Assembly (NCBI GenBank): GCA_040954595.2
Contig: CM082592.2
Span: 930,001-994,000, forward strand
Reading direction: 5' to 3'
Source: Balanoglossus misakiensis
Taxonomy: Eukaryota > Animalia > Hemichordata
DNA: 64,000 nucleotides
Shown: positions 14,101 through 27,400 of the stretch, one piece after another
Numbering within the stretch: the first letter of the stretch is position 1
Layout of the letters: each line of letters starts with the position of its first letter
Translations under genes and position numbers: made by a program
The notes under the pieces: model-generated
Database searches by the model: none
What the model was told of the DNA's origin: nothing
What the model saw: only the letters and a program-made list of their open reading frames with translations

Positions 14101-16061
14101 CTAGAGTGTCTGGGTTTTAGCCGACTTATGCTGTAGGAAATCTGAGTTGATGAACGGGAATTCAATGTTAGAAAACCCGTGTGGAAAGTATCTCTACCCG
14201 TTTGAAACTAAGAAAAGAATTTATTCTTATTTATTTTGTAAAAAAGACAATTTTTCCAAAAAAGTCGAAAATGGTAATTTTGTCTTGGGTGATTCAAATT
14301 ATACCACCTTTTCTGGAATTTGCAGCACTTTTTACAAGAGAACGACACTTCATGCTCCATAATATTTCCGAAAATGAAGAAAAGAGTTAATTTTTTATGA
14401 TTTTTTAAAAAATTACCATTTTTGTCAAAATATGGCCAAAATGGCTATTTTTTCTTGAATTCCGTCAATATCTCTGCATTTTTGGAGAGGTCGAAAGTTT
14501 TAACATACAATCAACATGTCATATATGATCAGGGCACCAAATGCGAAGAACAAAGGTTTTTTATTTTTTTCTAAAAATAACATCTTCAAGGAAAATTTGG
14601 TAAAACGCAATTTTGTCTGCAGTGAGCCAAATTAGACTGTATTTTGTGGAATTTGTATCGTATATACATACGAAGAGCATTCTATACTCCATCAGATTTC
14701 CGAAAATGTAGAAAACAGGTATTTTTTGTAATTTTCAAAAATTTACCATTTTGACCAAATTGTGGCTAAAATTGTTATTTTCGTGTTGAATGCCGCCAAA
14801 GTCACTGCTTTTAAAAGTCATAAAAACTTTTAACATACAAGCAATTGTTTATATATGATCAGGTCACCGAATTAAAAAAAAATTGTCTGCGGTGAGCCAA
14901 ATTGGCCGTTTTTTTGTGGAATTTGTATCGATATATATATACGAAGAGGATTCTATACTCCATCAGATTTCCGAAAATGTAGAAAACAGGTATTTTTTGT
15001 AATTTTCAAAAATTTACCATTTTGACCAAATTGTGGTTAAAATTGTTATTTTCGTGTTGAATGCCGCCAGTGTCACTGCTTTTAAAAGTCATAAAAACTT
15101 TTAACATACAAGCAATTGTTTGTATATGATCAGGTCACCGAATTAAAAAAAATAAAGAATGTTTTGCCTAAAAATGACCTTTTTGGTGCAAAAACGAATA
15201 AAACGCAATTTTGTATTAAATCAGCTCATTTAGAGTGCATTTTTTATAATCAGCACCATCTTTACATATAATAGAAATTTCTTACATCATCAGATATCCA
15301 AATATGAAAAAATGATTTAGATTTTAGATGATTGTCCAAAATTAGCTGATATCTAATAAATGTAGTATTGAACCGTTCTGTTCCCCCCCCCCTACATTAT
15401 ATGCGGTACGCCGATGTCAGCTTACCCGGCAGTACTGCAGGCCATGCCCCCCCCCCCCCCAACTAACGTCGGTGTTTGAAACGCCCTGGTTAAATTCGGG
15501 CTTTCTCTATAAATTGACAGGCAATAATGCAGTCCTACCCGAACAAATGTCGAGTGTTGACCCGCTGTGACTTCCCCTCTTCGGTTTGCCCGACTTAGCC
15601 AACGTCTTTGTACTAGAGTGTCGGGTCTTTTGCAGAGCCAGGCCGAAGGAAATCCGACTTGATCACCGTTGCTAACGAACGCTAGTGTCTGTCATGGTGT
15701 GCCGGGGTTTTAGTCGAGCCAGGCCGTAGGAGATCTGACTTGATCATCGTGGTCAATGTACGCGTGTTTCCGCTCAAAAGTGCCGGGGCTTCAGCTAAAC
15801 CAGGCCGTAGGAAATCCGACGTAATCACCGTTGATAACTTACGCCAGTCTGGATGGAGGGCGCTAGAGTCAGCCATCTACGGAAGCAGATTTCTAGCACG
15901 CTCAGAGTTTTCATTGTTTTTTCACGTGAAATCGGTGAATTTTGTGGCGAAACTGAAGGTATATGCTTTTGGATAGATACTTGCTGCTAACTTGAGAGCA
16001 AAGAAGCATTTTGATTCTCAGAAGAAAGACATTTTGCTAGTTTTCGTGGTCTCGAGCAAGC

Positions 16062-17234
16062 ATGGCCGTCAGAGACAAAGCCAGTTATGCGCAGGTGGTG
16101 ACGACCAAACGCCTGCAAGACAAAGACGGTGAAGTAGGAGTTCTACCCGTCTTTCTGAAGCAGTCGGACATAGTTCCCAGGGACAGTAATCAATGGCTAT
16201 GAGGTGAGGAAATTATAGCAGCCGTTTCAGAAGTTGTCACCATCGGCAGCTTGGAAGGGTTGCAACGGATAAGAGGTCTGTGGCGTATTTATATGAATGA
16301 CGAAGCAGACCGGACAATTTTGTTACAACATGGACTCACACTACGCGGGAAGTCGATAGAGCTGTGGGGGCGAAATCCCTTCCGAAGAGAGTTTCATGAA
16401 GATTGGTTAAGATTAACGATAAAAGATCTACCATTGTCACACGATGATGATGCTATTGCCGCTACACTTACTGGTTTGGGCTGTAAGCTCAAAACAGATA
16501 TATCCAGACAGAAATGGAGGTTAGAAGGCAAGTTGACAAACATTCTTAATGGGGATCGAACTGTGTTCATCGAAAAACCAAAGACACCATTACCAGCTCA
16601 GGTTAAGATCGGTGCATTTTACGCGAAGATTATTTATAAGCAATCCACAGCGGAGACGCAGCCACGATGCGGCAAATGCTTAGAGGAGGGACATACTGCG
16701 TACAATTGCACTGGACAAATCAAATGCAGACTCTGTAAAAGAGAGGGGCATATTGCAAGAAATTGTATGACTTCTCAGGTACACGAAGAATTAACGTCTC
16801 AGTCCACCAAATACACAATGCAGAAAAGGTCTACGAATCCTGCCGATGCGGTATCGAGACTAGAAAGTGACAGCACACCGTTACAAGGAACATCCAGGCG
16901 TGAAACGGGGGACGAAGACCGTGTTGAGAAACCGCAAAGTCTGGCAAACAAAGCACCTGAGCCCTCGAGCTCGAGCGTTAAATCACAAAGCTCAATTTTA
17001 GCGTTCTTAAAAGAGAACAGAGACGATAGACAAAACGATACTAGTGTCAGTGAAGGTGATGTAACGGATATTGAAGGTGGCGAGGACCGGCGTTATGACA
17101 CATCAAGAGAAAATTTCTCTGAATTGTCTGCTGAATCGCCACCACTGTTGTCATTGACCCAAAGCAAAGAAAATAAGAAAAAACGTAAAAGAAGACGAAA
17201 GCAGCAGCAGCAAGTCAGAATCAAAGGCTACTGA
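16062..17234 (+). pseudogene. LINE ORF1, gag-like nucleic-acid-binding protein with 2 zinc knuckles; premature TGA at 16200-16202
   Basis: ATG at 16062 (MAVRDKASYAQVV..., a typical 'SYA' N-terminus) is in frame with track ORF 16251-17234. Knuckles are CGKCLEEGHTAYNC and CRLCKREGHIARNC, followed by a basic C-terminal tail. Confidence 0.85.
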
Positions 17235-18891
17235 TGGCAGCGCTGAAGTTAGTTACCCTGAATGTCAGGGGTTTCAAAGACAAAACGAAAAGGAACTGTA
17301 TATATCGCTGGCTAAAACTCCAAAAAACGAGTATCGCGATTTTACAAGAGTTGCATAGAAATGGAACAGACATTGACACTTGGGAGAAAGAATGGGGAGG
17401 GAAAGTATTCTTCTCGAAAGGTGACAATTATAGCAGAGGAACGGCAATATTGATTGAGCGCAGATGTGACCTCACCATTGATTCCGTGTGGAATGACGAC
17501 TTCGGAAGAATTTGCATAATAAACGGTAGCCTTGTAGGTGTTAAGCTTTCAATTTGTAGTGTTTATGCCCCGAATCTCGTGAAACAAAGAACGGAATTCT
17601 TGAAAGATCTAGCTGGCCTGGTTGACACTCACTGCTATTACGAAAATCTTATTATAGCAGGCGACTTCAATTGTGCACTCAACGACACTTTGGACAGAGC
17701 GTCAAGTGTGAAATCACGGCAATCACATGATGGATCAAGAAGAGTCTTACGTAGTTTTTGTAATCAGTTTCAACTTATTGATGTTTGGAGGAATTTCCAC
17801 CCTGGGCAACGGCAGTTTACTTGGCGAAGATTGGCCCCATCACCGACTCATAGCCGATTAGATTATGTTTTTATCTCAAAGCACCTCGTCAAGAATGTCA
17901 AAAAATCGGATATTCGTCCTGCTGTACACACAGATCATATGGCTGTTTACGTGGAATTGCAGACCGCTTCAGATTGTAGAGGGCCTGGTACATGGAAACT
18001 GAACAATAGGCTTTTAAAAAATGAAGGCTTTGTCAACGGAGTCAAATCTGTAATCAGAGAGTGTGGTGAGAAGACATTCGAAAATAATCGGATGAAATGG
18101 GACATCATGAAGAAAGAAATTAAGGAATATGCATTGGAATTTACAAGGTATGGAACAAAAGATCACAATAAGGAAATACCGAAGCTTGAGCAACAGCTAA
18201 AAGCGGATGAAAGAAATATGCTGGTGAATCCATCAGATGAAAATATACGGAAATACAGTGAAACCAAACAACGCCTTGAGAATATTTACAACATACTCGC
18301 TGAAGGTGCGCAGATAAGATCGCGTGCAGCGTGGGTGGAAAAGGGAGAAAGGAATACCAAGTATTTTTATCATTAGAAAAGTGAAATGCAGGAAAAAAGG
18401 AAATTAAGGAGCTGGTGACCAGAAGTGGAAAGTGTGTGACAAAAACGGACGAGATTCTGCGGGAACAAAGAGAATTCTACGAGACGATCTATCAGCGAAA
18501 ATGTTGCCATCAGTCGATTGACGATTTTTTGGAAAATAGCAGTTTACCAGGACTAACAGCTCTACAAAGTGAACAGTGCGAAGGTAATTTAACGGAAAGG
18601 GAATGTTTGCGCGCTTTGAAGACCATGGCAGCTAACAAGTCTCCGGGATGTGATGGACTTTCGGTCGAATTTTTTCTTTTCTTTTGGTCAGAAATAAAAA
18701 CATTTGTCACTTCATCTCTCAATGAAGCCTGGTCGTCAGGGGAACTTTCTGCTACACAAAAAAGAGGTATTATTACATTGTTGTATAAAAAGGGAGATGA
18801 AAATGACTTGAATAATTGGAGGCCTGTGTCGCTTTTAAACATTGACTACAAAATTGCCACTAAGGCATTATCAAACAGACTCAAATGTGTT

Positions 18892-19489
18892 TTATTATTA
18901 TTATTATTATTATTAAGAATTGTTTAAAATGCGCTACACATACGTCTCAGCGCATTGTACATAGCTAAAAGAGTAGATTAAAAAATACAAGGCTGGTAAA
19001 AATAGTTAAAAGGACACAATCGAACACGTTACACATAAAACCGAGTAAAAAGGTATGTTTTCAAATTACGCTTAAAAATATTGACACTTCTGGCGGTTTT
19101 GATATCAAGGGGTAAATTGTTCCATAAAATTGGCGCACAAACTGAAAAAGCTCTCTGTCCGTAGGTTTTGTTAAATTTACCATGAGGATGAGTTAAAAAG
19201 AATTGAACACTAGAGCGCAGTTCTCGAGCTGGTACATATAAATGTAAAAGATCAGTCAAATAGGCGGGTGCCTTACCACTGATACATTTGAATGTGAGCA
19301 AGAGAATTTTAAAACTGATGCGGGCCTCTACCGGTAGCCAGTGTAAATCTTTGAGTATGGGTGTGATATGATCGGACTTGCGCGTACGAGTAACTAGCCT
19401 CGCCGCAGCATTCTGTAGAGACTGAAGTCGAGCTAGATGTCCCTTCGGGATACCAAACAAAAGACTATTACAGTAATCTAAATGAGACG
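18892..19489 (-). mobile_element. 5'-truncated L2/CR1-group LINE 3' end nested antisense in ORF2
   Basis: Minus-strand peptide TSHLDYCNSLLFGIP...LQNAAARL...DHITPILKDLHWLP is the typical L2/CR1-group ORF2 C-terminus. It has a 3' stem-loop (18928-18956) and a (TAA)n tail (18892-18914). Host ORF2 reads LKCV|LPTIIHRDQTG once the insert is removed. Confidence 0.9.
19029..19489 (-). pseudogene. C-terminal fragment of the L2/CR1-group ORF2
   Basis: Track ORF 19029-19460, extended in frame to the truncation point; LDYCN, LHWLP and WNNLP motifs. Confidence 0.85.
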
Positions 19490-21454
19490 TTACCTACAAT
19501 TATCCATAGAGATCAGACAGGCTATATGAAAGGCCGTTTTATTGGAGAAAACATTCGCCTGATCTCCGATGGCGACGTTTGGAAGGAGCGATCCTTTTTG
19601 TAGATTATGAGAAAGCGTTTGACAGTGTAAATTTGAAATTTTTGTATAGCGTGCTTAAAAAGATGAATTTTGGTCCAGGCTTTATACGCTGGATTGGAGT
19701 TTTATATAGTAATATTTCTAGTTGTATTGTTTATAAGGGATGGTGCTCTGGATACTTTTCATTACATAGAGGTGTTCGACAGGGATGTTCCCTCTCGGCT
19801 TTATTGTTTTTACTTGTGATCGAAGTACTTGCATGTAAAATAAGACAACACGGGGAGATCAACGGGATCCCCTTATATGGTAATAATACAGCGAAGATTT
19901 CATTATTTGCCGACGACACCACTATTTTTACAAGGGATGGTCGGTCATTAGAAAATGTTTTTAAAGTTATGGATGATTTTCATCAGTGTGGTGGTTTAAA
20001 AATGAGCAACAAGAAAACGAAGGCAATGTGGGTTGGAAAAAACAGAAATAGTGAAAAGAAAATGGGAAATGTTGAATGGACAAATGAGCCCATCAAAACG
20101 CTTGGTGTGTATTTTGGCTATGACACTGAGAAATGTAACAAACTTAACTGGGAGCCTAAGATTGATAAACTGAAAAAGGTGCTACAAATGTGGGAAAGGA
20201 GAAGGCTTACGTTTTATGGGAGAGTGATGATTACGAAGGTTTTTGCAATTTCACAGATTTTGTTTTTGACATCAGTGATTGGAATACCTGAAGGCATTAA
20301 GTGTGTTGTTCGAAAGCTAATTGATGGTTTTATAAGAAGAAAACGAAATATAAGCAATGTAATACTTCAGAGTGATTATGACAAAGGTGGCATCAGATGT
20401 GTCAACTTAGACAAGCAAATTGATTCTCTTTATGCAGTATGGGTCAAGAGACTGGTCTTGTGTAAAGGCAACACTTGGTCTGCTATACCATGGCATTATT
20501 TACAAATGGATGACCTTCAGTCATGTAATCTTATTCAGCACAACATTTTCTGGGAATCACTACCAAAGGCTTTATAGTCTGCGATCCCTGAATTTTACGT
20601 CAAGGTTTTAAATGCGTGGTACAGTGCAAGTGAAAACATCAAAGGAAACAGAAATGTAATTTTGAAATGGTGTAGCAAGTTTCACTTTTTCTACAAATCC
20701 TTGAAAAATTGTAAATACGGTATTTGGGATGGAAAACACTGGATTTCCCTCAATAACGTTACGTGTAAAGCCATTTATGCGAACATTCCACAAAGGAGTC
20801 CAAAAGTGGATAAACTTAACAAATGGTACACATTACTGGAGGTACCAAACCAGACTACAAAAGAAAGTGAAACGGTCTGGAAGAACATACACGCAATAAC
20901 TAAGGAAACAAAGTTGCAGGAATTTCAATGGAAACTTTTACACAGGTTGTTGCCATGTAATAAGTATTTGTTTTATTGGAATAAGAGCAGAAGTGTGGAT
21001 TGTGAACTTTGTAAGATACCAGAGTCTCTTGAGCACAAGTAGGTGCGTTGTACTATAGCCACATCACTTTGGGCAAAAATCGAGCGCATAATTCGGCAAC
21101 TTTTTTGTAAAGATTTTGTTTTACAAAGCGCTCATATAATTTTCAATTGCATTAGAAGTGTTATGCTTTCGAAATCTGAAGAAAATATTGTAAATTTATT
21201 GATTTTAGTTTGCAAATGGAGTATACATAAATACTGGCTAAGTGAAACCAGAGCACCTTTAATGGTGCTAGTAAAATACGAATTCATATTGAGATACAAG
21301 GTATACAAGGAAATATGCAATAATTCAGAAAGTGCAAGAATTTTTGAAGCTATTATATCTATGATGTGAGTTTTCGGTTGGTTTCTTTTTTTTGATATGT
21401 TAATGTAACACTGAAAGTTTTATTAATAAAAGATAAAAAAAAAAAAAAAAAAAA

Positions 21455-24400
21455 TACGCCAGTCTGTGTCATATAGAGCCGGTGCACCAGCCGAGTCACG
21501 CCGTAGGAAATCTGACTTGATCAACGTGGTCAATGTACGCCTGTTTCTGCTCTAGAATGCCGGGGCTTCAGCTGAGCCAGGCCGTAGGAAACCCGACGTG
21601 ATTACCGTTGTTAACTTACGCCAGTCTGTGTCCTATATATAGTGCCGGGGCATGAGCCGTGCCAGGCCGAAGGAAATGTGAGTAGATCAACGTGGTCTCT
21701 GTACGCGTGTTTCTGCTCTAGAGTGCCAGGGCTTTAGCCAAGCCATGCCGTAGGAAATCTGACTTGATCAACGTTGCTAACGAACGCTAGTGTCTGTCAT
21801 TGTGTGCCGGGGTTTTAGTCGAGCCAAGCCGTAGGAGATCAGACTTGATCAACGTGGTCTCTGTACGCGTGTTTCTGCTCTAGAGTGCCGGGGCTTTATC
21901 CAAGCCATGCCGTAGAAAATCTGACTTGATCACCGTTGCTAACGTACGCTAGTGTCTGTCATATTGTGACGGAGATTTAGCCGAGCCAGGCCGTAGAAAA
22001 ATCGACTTGTTCAACGTTACCAGTGTGCAACTGTTTCTGCTCTAGAGTGTCAGGGTTTTAGCCGACTTATGCTGTAGGAAATCTGAGTTGATGCACGGGA
22101 ATTCAATGTTAGAAAACCCGTGTGGAAAGTATCTCTACCCGTTTGAAACTAAGAAAAGAATTTATTCTTATTTATTTTGTAAAAAAGACAATTTTTCGAA
22201 AAAAAGTCGATAATGGTAATTTTGTCTTGGGTGATTCAAATTATACCGCCTTTTCTGGAATTTGCAGCACTTTTTACAAGAGAACGACACTTCATGGTCC
22301 ATAATATTTCCGAAAATGAAGAAAAGAGTTAATTTTTTATGATTTTTTAAAAATTTACCATTTTTGTCAAAATATGGCCAAAATGGCTATTTTTCTTGAA
22401 TTCCGTCAATATCTCTGCATTTTTGGAGTGGTCGAAAGTTTTAACATACAATCAACATGTCATATATGATCAGGGCACCAAATTCGAAGAACAAAGGTTT
22501 TTTTATTTTTTTTTCTAAAAATGACATTTTCAAGGAAAATTTGCTAAAACGCAATTTTGTCTGCAGTGAGCCAAATTGGCCGTTTTTTTGTGGAATTTGT
22601 ATCGATATATATATACGAAGAGCATTCTATACTCCATCAGATTTCCGAAAATGTAGAAAACAGGTATTTTTTGTAATTTTCAAAAATTTACCATTTTGAC
22701 CAAATTGTGGCTAAAATTGTTATTTTCGTGTTGAATGCCGCCAGTGTCACTGCTTTTTAAAGTCATAAAAACTTTTAACATACAAGCAATTGTTTATATA
22801 TGATCAGGTCACCGAATTAAAAAAATAAAGAATGTTTTCCCTAAAAATGACCTTTTTGGTGCAAAAACGAATAAAACGCAATTTTGTATGAAATCAGCTC
22901 ATTCAGAGTGCATTTTTTATAATCAGCACCATTTTTACATATAATGGAAATTTCATACATCATCAGATATCCAAATATGAAAAAATGAATTAGATATATT
23001 TAAGATGATTGTCCAAAATTAGCTGATATCTGATAAATGTAGTATTGAACCGTTCTGTTTCCCCCCCCCCTACATTACATGCGGTACGCCGATGTCAGCT
23101 TACCCGGCAGTACTGCAGGCCGTGCCCCCAACTAACGTCGGTGTTTGAAACGCCCTGGTTAAATTCGAGCTTTCTCTATAAATTGACAGGCAATAATGCA
23201 GTCCTATCCGAACAAATGTCGAGTGTTGACCCGCTGTGACTTTCCCTCTTCGGTTTGCCCGACTTAGCCAACGTCTTTGTACTAGAGTGTCGGGTCTTTT
23301 GCAGAGCCAGGCCGAAGGAAATCCGACTTGATCACCGTTGCTAACGAACGCTAGTGTCTGTCATGGTGTGCCGGGGTTTTAGTTGAGCCAGGCCGTAGGA
23401 CATCTGACTTGATCATCGTGGTCAATGTACGCGTGTTTCCGCTCTAAAGTGCCGGTGCTTCAGCTAAACCAGGCCGTAGGAAATCCGACGTAATCACCGT
23501 TGATAACTTACGCCAGTCTGTGTCATATAGAGCCGGTGCACCAGCCGAGTCACGCCGTAGGAAATCTGACTTGATCAACGTGGTCAATGTACGCCTGTTT
23601 CTGCTCTAGAGTGCCGGGGCATCAGCCGTGCCAGGCCGAAGGAAATGTGAGTAGATCAACGTGGTCTCTGTACGCGTGTTTCTGCTCTTGAGTGCCAGGG
23701 CTTTAGCCAAGCTATGCCGTAGAAAATCTGACTTGATCACCGTTGCTAACGTACGCTAGTGTCTGTCATATTGTGACGGAGATTTAGCCGAGCCAGGCCG
23801 TAGAAAAATCGACTTGTTCAACGTTACCAGTGTGCAACTGTTTCTGCTCTAGAGTGTCAGGGTTTTAGCCGACTTATGCTGTAGGAAATCTGAGTTGATG
23901 AACGGGAATTCAATGTTAGAAAACCCTTGTGGAAAGTATCTCTACCCGTTTGAAACTAAGAAAAGAATTTATTCTTATTTATTTTGTAAAAAAGACAATT
24001 TTTCGAAAAAAAGTCGAAAATGGTAATTTTGTCTTGGGTGATTCAAATTATACCGCCTTTTCTGGAATTTGCTGCACTTCTTACAAGAGAACGACACTTC
24101 ATGCTCCATAATATTTCGGAAAATGAAGAAAAGAGTTATTTTTTTATGATTTTTTAAAAATTTACCATTTTTGTCAAAATATGGCCAAAATGGCTATTTT
24201 TTCTTGAATTCCGTCAATATATCTGCATTTTTGGAGTGGTCGAAAGTTTTAACATACAATCAGCATGTCATATATGATCAGGGCACCAAATTCGAAGAAC
24301 AAAGATTTTTTGATTTTTTTTCTTCTAAAAATGACATTTTCAAGGAAAATTTGGTAAAACGCAATTTTGTCTGCAGTGAGCCAAATTAGACGGTCTTTTG

Positions 24401-27400
24401 TGGAATTTGTATCGATATATACATACGAAGAGCATTCTATACTCCATCAGATTTCCGAAAATGTAGAAAACAGGTATTTTTTTGTAATTTTCAAAAATTT
24501 ACCATTTTGACCAAATTGTGGCTAACATTTTTATTTTCGTGTTGAATGCCGCCAGTGTCACTGCTTTTAAAAGTCATAAAAACTTTTAACATACAAGCAA
24601 TTGTTTATATATGATCAGGTCACCGAATTAAAAAAATAAAGAATGTTTTGCCTAAAAATGACCTTTTTGGTGCAAAAACGAATAAAACGCAATTTTGTAT
24701 TAAATCAGAATGCATTTTTTATAATCAGCACCATTTTTACATGTAATGGAAATTTCATACATCATCAGATATCCAAATATAAAAAAAATGATTTAGATTT
24801 TAGATGATTGTCCAAAATTAGCTGATATCTAATAAATGTAGTATTGAACCGTTCTGTCCCCCCCCCCCCTACATTATATGCGGTACGCCGATGTCAGCTT
24901 ACCCGGCAGTACTGCAGGCCGTGCCCCCAACTAACGTCGGTGTTTGAAACGCCCTGGTTAAATTCGAGCTTTCTCTATAAATTGACAGGCAATAATGCAG
25001 TCCTACCCGAACAAATGTCAAGTGTTAAACTGCTGTGACTTTCCCTCTTCGGTTTGCCCGACTTAGCCAACGTCTTTGTACTAGAGTGTCGGGTCTTTTG
25101 CAGAGCCAGGCCGAAGGAAATCCGACTTGATCACCGTTGCTAACGAACGCTAGTGTCTATCATGGTGTGCCGGGGTTTTAGTCGAGCCAGGCCGTAGGAG
25201 ATCTGACTTGATCATCGTGGTCAATGTACGCGTGTTTCCGCTCTAAAGTACCGGGGCTTCAGGTAAACCAGGCCGTAGGAAATCCGACGTAATCACCGTT
25301 GATAACTTACGCCAGTCTGTGTCATATAGAGCCGGTGCACCAGCCGAGTCACGCCGTAGGAAATCTGACTTGATCAACGTGGTCAATGTACGCCTGTTTC
25401 TGCTCTAGAGTGCCGGGGCTTCAGCTGAGCCAGGCAGTAGGAAACCCGACGTGATTACCGTTGTTAACTTACGCCAGTCTGTGTCATATATATAGTGCCG
25501 GGGCATCAGCCGTGCCAGGCCGAAGGAAATGTGAGTAGATCAACGTGGTCTCTGTACGCGTGTTTCTGCTCTAGAGTGCCAGGGCTTTAGCCAAGCCATG
25601 CCGTAGGAAATCTGACTTGATCAACGTTGCTAACGAACGCTAGTGTCTGTCATAGTGTGCCGGGGTTTTAGTCGAGCCAAGCCGTAGGAGATCAGACTTG
25701 ATCAACGTGGTCTCTGCACGCGTGTTTCTGCTCTAGAGTGCCGGGGCTTTATCCAAGCCATGCCGTAGAAAATCTGACTTGATCACCGTTGCTAACGTAC
25801 GCTAGTGTCTGTCATATTGTGACGGAGATTTAGCCGAGCAAGGCCATAGAAAAATCGACTTGTTCAACGTTACCAGTGTGCAACTGTTTCTGCTCTAGAG
25901 TGTCAGGGTTTTAGCCGACTTATGCTGTAGGAAATCTGAGTTGATGAACGGGAATTCAATGTTAGAAAACCCTTGTGGAAAGTATCTCTACCCGTTTGAA
26001 ACTAAGAAAAGAATTTATTCTTATTTATTTAGTAAAAAAGACAATTTTTCGAAAAAAAGTCGAAAATGGTAATTTTGTCTTGGGTGATTCAAATTATACC
26101 GCCTTTTCTGGAATTTGCTGCACTTCTTACAAGAGAACGACACTTCATGCTCCATAATATTTCGGAAAATGAAGAAAAGAGTTATGTTTTTATGATTTTT
26201 TAAAAATTTACCATTTTTGTCAAAATATGGCCAAAATGGCTATTTTTTCTTGAATTCCGTCAATATATCTGCATTTTTGGAGTGGTCGAAAGTTTTAACA
26301 TACAATCAACATGTCATATATGATCAGGGCACCAAATTCGAAGAACAAAGGTTTTTTTATTTTTTTTTCTTCTAAAAATGACATTTTCAAGGAAAATTTG
26401 GTAAAACGCAATTTTGTCTGCAGTGAGCCAAATTAGACGGTCTTTTGTGGAATTTGTATCGATATATACATACGAAGAGCATTCTATACTCCATCAGATT
26501 TCCGAAAATGTAGAAAACAGGTATTTTTTTGTAATTTTCAAAAATTTACCATTTTGACCAAATTGTGGCTAAAATTGTTATTTTCGTGTTGAATGCCGCC
26601 AGTGTCACTGCTTTTAAAAGTCATAAAAACTTTTAACATACAAGCAATTGTTTATATATGATCAGGTCACCGAATTAAAAAAATAAAGAATGTTTTGCCT
26701 AAAAATGACCTTTTTGGTGCAAAAACGAATAAAACGCAATTTTGTATTAAATCAGAATGCATTTTTTATAATCAGCACCATTTTTACATGTAATGGAAAT
26801 TTCATACATCATCAGATATCCAAATATAAAAAAAATGATTTAGATTTTAGATGATTGTCCAAAATTAGCTGATATCTAATAAATGTAGTATTGAACCGTT
26901 CTGTCCCCCCCCCCCCACATTATATGCGGTACGCTGATGTCAGCTTACCCGGCAGTACTGCAGGCCGTGCCCCCAACTAACGTTGGTGTTTGAAACGCCC
27001 TGGTTAAATTCGGGCTTTCTCTATAAATTGACAGGCAATAATGCAGTCCTACCCGAAAAAATGTCAAGTGTTAAACCGCTGTGACTTTCCCTCTTCGGTT
27101 TGCCCGACTTAGCCAACGTCTTTGTACTAGAGTGTCGGGTCTTTTGCAGAGCCAGGCCGAAGGAAATCCGACTTGATCACCGTTGCTAACGAACGCTAGT
27201 GTCTATCATGGTGTGCCGGGGTTTTAGTCGAGCCAGGCCGTAGGAAATCTGACTTGATCAACGTGGTCAATGTACGCCTGTTTCTGCTCTAGAGTGCCGG
27301 GGCTTCAGCTGAGCCAGGCAGTAGGAAACCCGACGTGATTACCGTTGTTAACTTACGCCAGTCTGTGTCCTATATATAGTGCCGGGGCATCAGCCGTGCC

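Larger units (their letters stand above)
1..15851 (+). repeat. Compound ~2.05 kb macrosatellite array, block 1 (~7.5 units)
   Basis: The landmark GTGGAAAGTATCTCTACCCG recurs near 133, 2187, 4081, 5977, 8023, 10076, 11967 and 14181 (spacings 2054, 1894, 1896, 2046, 2053, 1891, 2214). Units are near-identical. Confidence 0.97.
17234..21369 (+). pseudogene. LINE ORF2 (APE endonuclease + reverse transcriptase + C-terminal Cys domain), disrupted
   Basis: APE motifs TLNVRG, ILQE, GDFN, SRLDY, TDH. RT motifs KSPGCDGL, NWRPVSLLNIDYKI, DYEKAFDSV, GVRQGC, LFADD. C-terminal CELC...ESLEH. Broken by a frameshift/stop at ~18375, an insertion at 18892-19489, a deletion/frameshift at ~19570 and stops or breaks at ~20577-20660 and 21040. 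Confidence 0.92.
15852..21454 (+). mobile_element. Tx1/L1-clade non-LTR retrotransposon (LINE), near full length and inactivated
   Basis: Has a 5' UTR, ORF1 with two CCHC knuckles, ORF2 with APE, RT and a C-terminal Cys motif, AATAAA at ~21425 and poly(A) to 21454. TSD TACGCCAGTCT(G) at 15840-15851 and 21455-21466; the satellite resumes in register. Confidence 0.93.
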
